A stretch of 64,000 nucleotides of DNA, taken from NCBI RefSeq assembly GCF_009914755.1, contig NC_060928.1, one strand, 5' to 3'. The notes beneath the pieces are model-generated. The model had not been told where the DNA came from. It saw only the letters and a list, made by a program, of their open reading frames with translations, and made no database searches. Position 1 is the stretch's first letter, and the number at the start of each line of letters is the position of its first letter. Position numbers and translations under genes: made by a program. This document shows positions 12,001-24,907 of the stretch, in pieces. Source of the DNA: the human T2T-CHM13v2.0 reference genome, Homo sapiens.

Positions 12001-13643
12001 TTGTTAAATTGAGCAAATGAGTTTTGTCTTTATAACCACCAGAATAATTCAGTAGGAGAGCAGGACAATTGCCATTTCAGCATTTGGACTTGCCTATCTA
12101 CTGGCAGCCAGACTTATTTACTAAATATTAGAAAATAACTCTTCTCATTCTTGGTAATTACTTGGTATAATTTACTCTTAAAAATCCACGTATAAATATG
12201 TGCAATGTAATCAAAGGGTATTGCTCAGTTACAAAATATTGCAGCCATTGTCCCCAGAGAGGCCCGAAGCTGGGGCTGTCAAGTGTGTTCTAGCTGGAAA
12301 AGACGCATCATTCAATCTTGCAGAAAACTATTAGAATGGCTCTGTGGTAATTTTGTGCTAGTCATATTTAATTGATGGTCAGACAGGCACATAGCTGGTT
12401 TTCAGAACAGGTGAGTGGTCTTGCTAGTCTATAAAGCTTTTTTTGTGTCAACTTAAAAACAAAAACAAAAAACAGAGTACTTCTGCTTTGGGCAGTATTA
12501 TCTATGTGAGCACAAGATTTGGGGAGCAGGGAACACATTTCTGTGAAGAAAACCAATATCCTTTGGTTTGGGTAGACCCTGTCTCACCAGAAATTCCAAG
12601 ACTTCACAACTAAATTAGCAGGAGACTACTCAGGGGACATGGAACAGAAGCTATTTACCAACCAAAATTAAATATTTTAAATATTTAATAACCAATATGA
12701 CCATTTGTCCAAATATCTCAGCTTGGGAAATATTGCTTTATGCATCTGTGATGAATCTACTGTCTTTTCTATGTTGCTGCACATCATTACCAAGTAGGGC
12801 CCTTTCTAAGCAAATCTATGAGGGAATTAAATATTATTTTCAATGTGACCAACCTTTACTTTCTGTGTGAACTTTTCCTTTATCACTGTGTTTGTCGCAA
12901 CAGAAATAAAAAAAAAAAAGATTTATAGGAAACAAAGTAGTCTGCTTCCTTGAAAAACATCAGTTTCTTGGAATTGATCTCTTAATACAATAAAATTATA
13001 AATAGAAAAGTGTTGGCCTTAAACCTTACTCCATCCCCGTCCTCCATTCATAGTTTCAATTATTCTTTGGCACTGTAGTGACTGTGTGAGGAGAGGCCTC
13101 TCTTGCTATTTTTGTAGTTCTTTGTTAATCCAGATATAAAGCTTGAGCTTTCTGTGCTACCCAGATACATCCATACCCCTTGAAATTTTTATTAAGAATT
13201 CTGGTAACTTCAGGAATCATTTTTAGACCTTGCAGCCTCTTGCATTTAATTATTTTTCAAAAGATTTTTTACATGTAGTAGACGAAATTGAGTTTGACAA
13301 GCTGAAGCAAATGAGGTTTAGTATCTTTGTCTGTTTGACATTTTTCAGCTTCATTTTTACTTTGTATTATGCAGTTCTCTCTTTTCTGGTATCTCAAAAT
13401 GTCATTGCCCTTCCTACCCCTGCAACACACGGTTCACACCTCTTCCCTACCACTGCTCAGTTAGGAGGCACAGAAAGCAAAATCAGATAAAGAAAATCGT
13501 TCTCAACTATTGGGTTCTTCTTTGATCTAAATTTTTATCTAAAAAGACATAACTTTATCTACATCTATTATATTTATCATAGTAAGCTACCATTTCAACA
13601 AAATGGATTTTGCTAAAATATTATAGAATAATACACAAATTCT

Positions 13644-13677
13644 ACACACAAACACACACACACACACACACACACAC
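13644..13677. repeat. (CA)n microsatellite
   Basis: Directly visible; one interruption. Confidence 0.95.
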
Positions 13678-14619
13678 GGAAAAAACTTGATCTTAAAATA
13701 TTCAAGATCAGATCTTAAAATTGCATAGAAGCTCTTCAGCATTGACCTCTAGTTGACATGCTCTAAAAATTAATAATTCATGTATGGGTTCAAAAAATAC
13801 TTGATGCCTTTCCATGATCTTCTGAAATATATAGACTTCCTCTGAAACCATGTCTATAGTAACTAAGATAAATTTAACAAATTAAATAACATTGGTACTT
13901 ACAGAATTTTTAAATATTTTATTTACTTCTAAAACTCTCCTTTTATAATAAATGATACTTTTTTGGAAACATATTTTTATTAGTTGTTTTCTGATATGTC
14001 TTTCAAGTGTTGATTGGCATTTTTGTTTTATTTGTGAACTTATCTCCATCCTCTGCATTTCTGTAAGACTGTACTAAGAGCAGCTGAAGACCTTGTTTAG
14101 GGGACACTAAGTCAAAAACAAGAAAAGACCTTGAAATGTGACAGTCATCAATGACTGGGAACCTAGATATGCTGGAGTTACCCCATCCCTCACATTTAGA
14201 TGCAGACTGGGTAGAGCTCATAATTTTATTTTAGATTCTAATGTCAATGTGTTATCTAATTGGAGCAAGGTAGCTAAGCCAACCTAACACAAGTAACTGT
14301 ATTTATATTCCTTGAAGTTCTTTTTCATACATTTTAGACAACCTTTTCATAATTTCTCTTTTTTGTTTCTACTTTCATTTATCTTAATTTGAAGAACTCT
14401 TGTTGCCCTACTGAATTCCCTCGTTTAACTTTTCTGCATTTTTCCATTTCTCATTCTTCCAGACACACAAGCAACCCTCGTGAGTTCCCTATCTCTAAGC
14501 TGATCTTATATTATGATATCCTATAGAAACATTTGTTCTATCTGGTGATGATCAATCTTTACCTTCTACAAAGTCAAGTTCTCCATTGACATCCACAACT
14601 TTTACTACACCCAGGGTTA

Positions 14620-15430
14620 ACTAGTAAGGATTGCATTCAGCTACATGAAATAGAAACATGGCCTAGCTTGGTGGCCCACACCCATAATCCCAGCACTTTG
14701 GGAGGCCGAGGCAGCGGATCACCTTGGGTCAGGAGTTCAAGACAAGCCTGTCCAACCTGGTAAAACTCTGTCCGTACTAAAAATACAAAAATTAGCCAGG
14801 CGGGGTGGCAGGCACTTATAGTCCCAGCTACTCGGGGAGCTGAGGCACGAGAATCACTTGAACCGAGGAGATGGAGGCTTCAGTGAGCAGAGATCGGGCC
14901 GCTGCACTCCAGCCTGGGTGAACAGCAAGACTCCGTCTCAAAAAAAAAAAAAAAAAAAAAGGAAAGAAATAAACATGATTATAGTGACTTAACAAAACAG
15001 CAGTTTAATTTCTCCACATAAGAAATGCAGACTTAGGGAGATTAGAGCAGGTATAGTAACTTCACAACTTCACCAGATCATCAATGTCAATGCCCAAGTT
15101 CATTCTAGCTTTCTGATTTAATTCTCAAGGTTGAATGATTGCTGCTCACTTCACATCTCATGATAGATTTCTAGGCAGGAAGAAGCAGAAGAAAGCAGCC
15201 TAGAGGGAGGGATAATAACAATAGTAGGAAATAAAAATTTCCACAGAACTTTTTAGTGCCTTATTTCTCAGCTCTTATTGGTCCAGATCATCATCACGTG
15301 ACCTTACTTCATAACAAAGGTAGATGTGGAATATAGATTTTAGATGGGCACATGCTTCCTTGAACAGAATAGAGGTTCTGTGAGTAAGGAATGGGGGAGA
15401 TTTGGTATTGGGTAAGCTACTAGCAGTGTC
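14620..15430 (-). mobile_element. Old MLT1 (J/K-like) LTR, split by Alu
   Basis: agtaaggattgcattcagctacat...[Alu]...tagtgacttaacaaaac...tctcttattggtccagatc...ggaatgggggagatttggtattgggtaagctactagcagtgtctgcc. Confidence 0.6.
14660..14960 (+). mobile_element. Alu SINE (AluS-type) inserted in an old MLT1 LTR
   Basis: Alu dimer with poly-A tail; TSD-like aaatagaaacatg / aaataaacatg. Confidence 0.96.
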
Positions 15431-15635
15431 TGCCTCTGTTTTTCTTGATTGACCAGCATCTATATACATCCATTGCATTGTATATCACATACATTTACCC
15501 ACCTCTTAAGTTTCTTTTGGTTTCTGCACTCACTTCAGAATCAAGTATTATTTAGTGCTTTGCATTTCTCTTCATCATCTCTAGCTGTGGTTTCTCATGG
15601 TCCAGCAACCTAGACACTGAAGGCCAGTTATCCTC

Positions 15636-15984
15636 TGCAATTGTCTGAATGTTGGTGTCTCCCTCAAATTCACATGTTGGAATCTAACACCTAGTATAAT
15701 GGTATTAAGACGTGGGGCCTTTAGAAGGTGATTAGATCATGAGGGATCTGTTCTCATAAATGGCATTAGTGCCCTTATACAAGAGGATTGAGAAAGTCTG
15801 TTTGGTTCTTCCACCATGTGGGGACACATAGAAGGTACTATCTATAAAGAATGGACTCTCAGCAGACATTAAATCTGCTGGTGCTTTCATCTTATACTTT
15901 CCTGCCTCCAAAAATGGGAGCAATAACTTCCTGTTGTTTATAAACTTTGCAGTTCCATTATAGCAGCCTAAATGGACTAAGACA
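15636..15984 (+). mobile_element. MLT1A/MST-type MaLR solo LTR
   Basis: tctgaatgttggtgtctccctcaaattcacatgttggaatctaa...ggtgattagatcatgaggg...tagcagcctaaatggactaagaca. Confidence 0.88.
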
Positions 15985-18138
15985 TCCTCTCTCAATAAAT
16001 TCAACAACAGGCAGGAAGATGAATAAGGTGACAGTAATATGCATTTCCACTCAAAAATTAAGAAGGAAAAAGAACACAGACACTGGCAAATAGAAAATAT
16101 AGAATCCTTGAAAAAAAGTGGGAAAGCACCTTGCTCTAGTAACAAAGCATGTTTCCTAATTAGTCAATTTTGCAGCCCCATTTCTGCCTTTTTGAGAGAA
16201 TTCCCTTGAACATTGTCCTACAGAGCCAGAAAAACGATGGATATTGAATAGTATAATGCTATTAGGGATGCAAAGCTTCCTAAGTCAATCCCAGGGAGTC
16301 CAGGTATAGTTTAGAAATGGAATGATCCTGGCTGTGGCCACTCAAGCCTGGAGACTCTGTGGCAGTACAGTTTCCTCAGAAAGCTTTTTTTTTTGTTTGT
16401 TTGTTTTCATTTGAGTGTGGTCAATCCTATGCATAAAAACCACTGCTAATACTTGTATCAGGATATAGTTTTTAAGCATATAATTCTCCTACTCACCTAT
16501 CTGCTTTTGTGCTATGCTCATATCTTTAAACATAATTAAGAATGTTTTTTACTGAAAGCCAGTAAAAACAATAGACTCTGGTGAGGATACGGTACAGTTT
16601 ACATTATCTTGGCCACAGAATGAGACATTTCCAGGAAGTTACTAGGGAAAGGCAGGGGCTCCTGCTTCATCTTTTGCTTAGTCTGTCTGTCTGCAGCCAC
16701 CTCTCACAACCACCTCAGTTTAAGGCATTGCCTCTTTTCACCTCTGAAAGCTCCTACTTAAAAGGCTGTCTTTTTTTCCTTAGCAAAGCTGTGTTGTCTT
16801 CATTGCTGCCTGCCAGCTACGTAGCATAAACCAAAGCTCAGCCCACTCCTTCAAGACTTTGCTGAAGGCAGCAAGAAGAGACCAGCACACTGCAACACTC
16901 TCGATTTTGCTTACTGTGGCTTCCTACTGCACTTGGCAGGCAACAGGTTGATGTTTTCTGTTATATAACAAAGGTTGCTAGTTTTCCAGCTTGTGATGTT
17001 CCTGCCCAAAGTCTCACACCATCATTAAGCCACTTCCTCATTTTCAGAATTTGCAAAACTCCCTTCCAGATATAAAGTCCCTTAAGAGGTAAGAGTGGCT
17101 TCGGCAACTATAACAGAAAACTAACTGTGGTGGTTTAAGGAAAGATAGTTTCCTTTTTTTTTTTTTTTTCCACATAACACAAAATTCAGAGAGAATTAGG
17201 CTTGGGATGATATAGCTGGGTTTTTTTTAAATGTCATTAGTGGGCTAGGTTCTATTTGTCATTCTGCTTTGATATTATTTCTCCTCCATCCTTTCACTGC
17301 ATATTCCAGGCAAGATGAAAAATAAGTAGATATAAAGAGGAAGAACCAAACTTTCCCAGAGATTTCTTACAGTCTTTGATTTCCATTTTAATGACCAGAA
17401 TCATGCCTAGTCCCCATTTTATCTCAGAAAGGGAGAGTTCTAAAACAAATTTTATTAATTATTGACATGTTTTGTACCTTAAGTAATGAGAAAGGTGAAA
17501 ATAAGTGTTCAACAGAAAATTAGAGAAGTATATTTTGTCCATAGCCTACTGTTTATCTTAGTCCTCTAAGAATTTCACACCAAAGTTTTAAATTTTTATG
17601 CAATACCACATTTTTCTCAACAGGCCAAATTACATTATTTTTCTACTTTTTAGTTTAACTTTTTATGAAATGGGAAAATTAAGAACTCATAGGGCCCATT
17701 GTGAAAGTCAAATACACTTATTTCATATAAGTGTATATTTCAAATTCCTTTTGCCTTCAGGGCTTTCTTCCTTGCAATAATAGCATCAGAAAGGACATTG
17801 AAGAAGTGTGGACCCAGGAAACATTTAGTTTATGAACATGGCCTATTAAAAGGTCCATCAGTAGACAAAACAGGTCTCCAAAAGAGAAGTTTCCTAGTAA
17901 ACAACTAATTTACTTTCTTTGTTAATAACTCCAATTCTTTCTTTACTTACATTGTTCTTTGCAAGGGGAATACAATTCTCTAAAAAGTTCATCCCAGATT
18001 CATCCCAGATTCTGTCCCAAGTTTTAACTATCTAAACTGCATATTTTTACAAAATACTCTTTTTACTGGTTTCTATTGACTTAATTGACATATAACTTTT
18101 CCCACTACATCGTTTGTATAAGGAGAGATACCTGTTAT

Positions 18139-18684
18139 TGCAGGGGACAAAAAACTTCTTTTTACTCTTTCAGGTTCTGTGACTGGCCCAATAATTAAAC
18201 TGATATAATACAAATTAACAGGAGAAAGGCAGACATCTTTATTATATAATATTTTTACATGTACACAGGGATCTTCAAAAGAAAAATGAAGACCCACAGA
18301 AGCCAAAAGCTTATATACATTTTTACACAAAGAACAATAAATTGTGATGACGTGACAAGATGAAGAGCTTTGGGCTAGTGGTAGCAAAGTGTGGGACAGT
18401 TAAAAGGGCATATATGGGGAAAACTAATGGAAGAGAAAGGTTGTTTTGGTAGGTTTGTTTGTACAGGCTCATTATGATATTGAATTCCAGACTCTGGTGA
18501 TAAGAATGTCTTCTTCCTTCTATAGGAGTCACCTTTCTCATGGAACATTTTATGACCTGCTTTTAGACAGAAAAGGGGAGGTCAGAGAGCCCTTCCTTCA
18601 TCTGCTGTTTCTCAAGTGCCTTCAGCTCAACATAGTCAGTATGCCAAAGCAGTCATGTTGGGTGGTGTATTCTGAACTCTTCCA
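18139..18684 (-). mobile_element. ERV1 MER4-group solo LTR (MER34/LOR1-like)
   Basis: The reverse strand begins ggaagagttcagaatacaccacccaacatgactgctttggcatactgactatgttgagctgaaggca, typical of the MER34 family. Confidence 0.75.
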
Positions 18685-19789
18685 TTTCCAGGACTATTAA
18701 GTGTGGTTTGTTCTTACTTCAGTCTTTGCTATGGCCTTGGCTCAACTTGTTCACATTTTAACTATGCCTTCAATTTGCTATACTCCTGCAAACACTCTTC
18801 TCCTTTTCCTTGCTCTCTCTGCCTTTCCTCAATTTGTGGGTGACCTTTCTCTGTACACTTGTATTTGAATTCAATAAATTTAAACCATATTATCTCTACC
18901 AGCTACTCCTGGTAATTTTTTCTTGTTCAATACAAGAGATTCTGTTCATAAACAATACCACCCAACACGCTAGCAAGCATGAAGTGATTATCTCAGTGGC
19001 CGGCATATAAGTAAGCATGCAAGTAACAATAACTATGTGGCAAGGTATTTTTTGATATAATAACTTGTGAGATGATAATCTTTTTCTCCCTCATAGTTTA
19101 CCGGCCGGGCATCATCTAACACAATGTTTATTGCCTTAAGAACTAAAGGAAGTAGTCATAGTTCTCCTGACTTCTTGTTTTCTTTTTTCCCAGAGGGAAG
19201 AGAAAATTCAGGGTACAGACAAGATATTTTGACACATAATCTGAAAGTAGAAGGATTCTCCTTGAGTCTAAAAGAAAGTTACTGTGGTCAGCTATAGAAA
19301 GGAGAGCGCTGCACATCTAAGAGCAGAGGGTTCCTCTGAGCTGTCAGACTAGGAACTGACTTAGGTGCAGGATGGTGGGTATCTCAGACGCCAACTGTGG
19401 GAACTGATGACTGACATTCACGGGCTTTGCTTTCCTCTCCCTTCACTCCTTGACACTTTATTAGATTCTTGATCCCCTGGTGTTAGACTGGAAGAAATAT
19501 CTAAAAAGACTAAAACAGTTTCCTCCCAAATGAGTACGGTGGTGTTCAAAATAGGAATCACTCTGTGACATTAAAGCAAAACAAAAAACAAAACAAAACA
19601 AAACAAACACTAACTATATATATATATAATTTTCCTAATACAACTGAGTTTCTGGACCATCCGTGATCCAAAAATGTTATATTATTATTTAGATTCTTAT
19701 TTTCTTTTCATTCTTTTTGTTATTTTTATTGTCACTCTGTGCATGAAGGGGCTTGTAGAAGAAAAATGTCCTTGAGTTCACAATGTTAA

Positions 19790-20436
<647 letters not shown>

Positions 20437-20938
20437 TCACTTGGGAGTTTTCAGAGAGTTTGTGTATGTGTGTGTTGGGGCGGTGAGGGGGTGGGGGAGG
20501 ATGGGAGGGTACTCTCTCACTTTTCTTTTTCTCTAGGCTTCTTTTTAAAATTTTACTTCCTTTTTGTGCTGTTCCTTTGGTCCTTTTTTACTGTTTCTTT
20601 TTTCCTCTTTAAGAATCTCTTATAATGCTCTTTAAAATGAATACAGCCTATAATTTTAACTATTTTAAAGTCATGTTTTATATGGGTAAAATTAAGAATT
20701 CTGAACATATTATTACTAGAGAGATTTCTTTTACAGCATTTAAAAGAAAGGGTTGCAACGGTTACTATCATAAGTGTCACCTCAAAAATATTTCTTTGTT
20801 CACTCAACAAAGCATGCAGAGTACCCACTGTACAGCAGGCTCAGAGCCAGCTCATGAAATTGAATATATGCCATCCTTGTCCATGAAAACTTGTAGGAAG
20901 GTAGACAGGCAAAAATCACACTCACAGAAAGATCCATA

Positions 20939-21298
20939 CTATCTTAGTTCATTAAGGCTGCCATACAAAATACCATAAACTGGTAGGTTATAACCAACAG
21001 TAACTTATTTCCCACATTTCTGGAGCCTGTAAGGTCCAAGATCAAGAAGCCAGCAGATTCGGCATCTGGTGAGAACCCATTCCTCATAGACAGCAACCTT
21101 CTCACTCTAAAGTCACCTGGTGGATTGGGTGAGGGCTTTCCCTGGGGCCGCTTTTATAAGGGCACTTTTCCATTTATGAGGGTGGAGCTCTCATAAGCTA
21201 ATGACCTCCCAAGGGCCCCACCTTCTACTTCCATAACCTTAGGGGTTAGGATTTCAACATACAAATTTTGGAGGGACACAAATATTCAGACTACAGTA
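20939..21298 (-). mobile_element. MLT1A-type MaLR solo LTR
   Basis: tcttagttcattaaggctgccatacaaaataccataaactgg...gtccaagatcaag...ggttaggatttcaacatacaaattttggagggacaca. Confidence 0.88.
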
Positions 21299-21396
21299 CC
21301 TGATACAATCTAAATATGTTTAATGTTCAGAGAAAACCTAGGGGGAACACTTCAAAGAGGGACTAAAATCCTTTCTATGAAGGATTGAGTATACCT

Positions 21397-21944
21397 CAGC
21401 TCAGTGGTCACTATACTGCAAATACTCTCCCTAGTGCCATACATTTCCAGGACTTTAATTACTGTCTATAATGTAATTTCCTAAATCTGTTGTTCCACCC
21501 AAGAATCTCTCCTGTGCTGTAGATCTAGATATTCAGTTGTCTTCTACAACTTCCATTTGGATAGCCCAGATGTACTTTTATTGCAATTTGTTTAAAATTT
21601 TCAGTGTATACATCTACTCAAATGTGCTCTTCCTCTTCTTTTCCTTACTGCCAAGAATGGCCCATCCTACAGCAAGTGACTCAAGCCAGAAATAGATGAA
21701 TCATTCATGATTCCACCCTCTGCCTTATTTCCTCATCCAATTAATCATCTTCTTTTCCTTCTATATACTAAATGTTTACCTTATGTTGTACCTTACCTTG
21801 TGTTGTAATCACTCAGCAGATGCAGGATGGGCTCCTACCCAAAATTTGGTTTAGATGTCAAGACCGATGACACCACACACAAACCAAGAGGGTATGAAAA
21901 GTTTTATGACTTAAAGAATAGGGCTTTCTGGAGATATAAGGGCA
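21397..21944 (-). repeat. Left arm of inverted duplication (L2 plus MER54 3' end); partner 22960-23484
   Basis: ctatactgcaaatactctccctagt pairs with actagggagagtatttgcagtatag; tagatctagatattcagttgtcttctacaacttccatt pairs with aatggaagttgtagaagacagctgaatatctagatcta. Confidence 0.95.
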
Positions 21945-22571
21945 GGAGCAGATGTATCTAGTGAAGAGTGGACACAGGGCACTCCATACAGTGGGAACAA
22001 TGTGAAGGCATAGAGGGGTGAAACGTGCGGGTCACAATTGTTACACCAGCAGGGAGAGTGTGTTACAACAGTGGTGTGTGGTTTGGAAGGGTGGGCCATG
22101 GTGATAGGATCTGAGAGTAGATATGGGTTAAAATAGTGAAAGGCCTGGTACATTAAACAGAAGTCTGCATTTTGTTGTGTAAGGTTATGATTCTCAAAGT
22201 TAAATATATGTGTCCTGAGGGTATGCCTGGTTAAGACTAAAAGCTACTGGATCAATGTGCAACTCCTCCTAGAAAACATAAGGGAACTATAATATTTTAG
22301 TATATTTTAAAATTGACACGTGAAAGTTTTTTTTATGTTAAAACTCCTAACACTATCTGCTGTAGAAGACTAAATCTACATGATATTTATGATAAATGAT
22401 ATATTTTTAAAATATTTAAAAATATATAAAATATATAAAAATATATAAAAAATCTTAGGGTGAACCATTTTGAGTAATCCCCACCCCCAGGATTCAGTCT
22501 CCAAATTGTCAATGAGAACATTTGGGAATTACTGCTGAGTGATGCACAGTCACTGAAGAATCTTTCACAGA

Positions 22572-23104
22572 GTTATGGCATCACCATCAGTTTGCAAGTG
22601 TATGAGCCTGAGGGTGGAAGTTGAACTGGCAGATCACATGGATTAGAGAAAGTGAGACATTGGAAGGCTATGAAAATAGAGCAAATGAGAGATGATGCTG
22701 GCATGTCATAATGCCATAAAAAGTTTGATGTCTGACAGCTTTTATACTTATCTTTCCCTTGTGTCCAACATTTGGGAAAGTGATAAGAAAGTCTAGTGCT
22801 TTCTCCTTTGTCTCTGGTAGGTAATTCAAACCACACGAGCCCTTGTCCATACACTGCAACCATCATCCTGATCCCAGACACTAACCACAATAAAAAGAAA
22901 AACCCAAGCAGCATCCTTTGCTGCTCTCTCAAGTCATTTTCAAACCAGCTTGGGATTCATGCCCTTATATCCCCAGAAAGCCATATTATTTAAATAATAA
23001 AATGTTTCATACCCTCTTGGTATGTGTGTGTTGTCATTAGTCTTGACATGCAAACCAAATTTGGGGTAAAGTTCCATCTTGCCTCTGTGGAGTGATCACA
23101 ACAC
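22572..23104 (+). mobile_element. MER54-like ERVL LTR
   Basis: ccccagaaagccatattatt...tttcataccctcttggtatgtgtgtg...aaccaaatttgggg...ctctgtggagtgatcacaaca resembles the MER54 3' end. Confidence 0.7.
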
Positions 23105-23545
23105 AAAGGCAAACTTTTAGGATATATGAGGAAAAGATGATGATTAATTGGATGAGGGAGTAAGGAATCTTGAGTGACTCATCCATCCCTGGCTTGAGTC
23201 ACTTGGTGTTTGATGGGCCATTCTTTGTAATAAAGAATAAAAGAGAAAGAGCACATTTGGGTAACATGTATACGTTGAAAAGGTAAAACACATTGCAATA
23301 GAAGTATATGTGGCCTATCTGAATGGAAGTTGTAGAAGACAGCTGAATATCTAGATCTAGAGCAAAGGAGAGGATCTTGGATGGAAGCACAGGTTTAGGA
23401 AATTACAATAAAGGCAGTGATTAAAGTTCTAGAAATGTATGACACTTACTAGGGAGAGTATTTGCAGTATAGACCAGTGAGCTGGGGGAGGCAGGATGTT
23501 GTTGATATTGTGACTGAGACTGAAGAAATACTCATTTAGAGAGTG
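23105..23545 (-). mobile_element. L2 LINE fragment
   Basis: ggcttgagtcacttgg...tgatgggccatt...tatctgaatggaagttgtagaagacagctgaatatctagatctagagc are L2 motifs; further L2 pieces at about 21310-21396 and 21945-22190. Confidence 0.7.
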
Positions 23546-24379
23546 TACCCTCTTTATCTGGTTAAAACCTAATGTTTGATAGTGCTCAACTCAGCCACCC
23601 AAAATCTGTTATTCACCATTTGAGGCTGGGTTAGGAGTTTCTCCTTAATCCTTCCTTAACACTCAGAAAATCTCTATTCTTGCACTTTCAGTGACAATTT
23701 TATGATTATATTCCTCCATTTAGTGTATAAATACTATTGTGTGAGCACTTTTAAAATTTACCTTTGTACTCCCACTCTGCTACAAATTCCCCTGTATATT
23801 CCATTCTGCTAGGCACTGAGTAGGTATTCAGTAAATGTGAAATGAACCAAAGAATAAGAAAATTGATTTTATCTATTTCACCTGTGTCAAAACTAATCAA
23901 CTGCATTACAAGTCTGGTATTTAGATGTGTCAAGAAAAACTATGAGATCTGATAATACTGATATTCTTCATAAAGGCTAGAAAACCACAGAGAACTTGAT
24001 TGTGGAATACACACAATAAAAAATAATTTAAAATACATTTTAATTTCCTATTATTTCTGTTTTTATATCACATTTTTTGAATAGCAGTATTTTTTTTCTC
24101 AAAGAGCATTTTTCCTACTCTATAGAACAAATTGAATGATTAAATAATTTAAATACAAGGGATATTTCCTAGGCCATCAGCTAGTAAGGTTAGGAATATG
24201 ATGGGGCTACCATAAAGAAGCAACAAACATCAAGTCAAAGTTTCACTAATTTCTACCATCTAATTCATGATAACATAATCTCTGAAAACTTCGTATTTTC
24301 TTCTTTCTCATTTTAAGAATTGTGGTCTCTAAAGAAGCATAATGACAGTGGCTGAAATTCTGGAAGAACTGTCATGGTT

Positions 24380-24600
24380 CAAACATTTGCTGTGTTGTTT
24401 ATGAGTAGCATGACTTTTGTGCAAGACATAACCCTTTTGAGCATCAATTTTTTCTCAGCTATAAAGTACATTATAACAGTTGAATTGAACGTATAAAATT
24501 GTTTTAAGAATTAAAAGAGATAATGCATGTTAAAGTGTTTAGCTCAGAGCCTTAAATGTAGTAATCTATCAGTAAATTTTTATTGCTGTTTATGATAATA
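24380..24600 (+). mobile_element. MIR SINE
   Basis: tgacttttgtgcaagacataaccttttgagcatcaatttt...gaattaaaagagataatgcatgttaaagtgtttagc. Confidence 0.7.
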
Positions 24601-24823
24601 ATATCACTTCCTGATATTATTGCTTAGGTGGCCCTGAGCAATGCCATTCCCTTCCTTCTTGCCTTCTTGTCGCTGCAGAACACTTTCCTCAGGACAATTC
24701 TGTTTGAGGTGCATCTTCTCATGCTGTGCTTTACATGTTAGTTGTTTCCACTGCTTCATTTCTTGGTTCCATTTGTGGGGATGAGAGTCCAGCTCTGCCT
24801 GCCAATCCTTCCATTTTTCTTAC

Positions 24824-24907
24824 CTGTACTGTCCTGGGGAAACGTCTGCCTCCTTTTGTCTTCAATTTGGCATGATCCACCATCCACTTCCTCATGATGC
24901 CATCTCA
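24824..24907 (-). other. Candidate internal exon (84 nt), minus strand
   Basis: Acceptor ccttgttctctatcacag| and donor CAG|gtaaga on the minus strand. Confidence 0.35.

Noticed and set aside
12395-12416. ggttttcag AACAG gtgagt as a 5 nt microexon or recursive site
   Set aside because: Very short pyrimidine tract, not frame-preserving, no other support.
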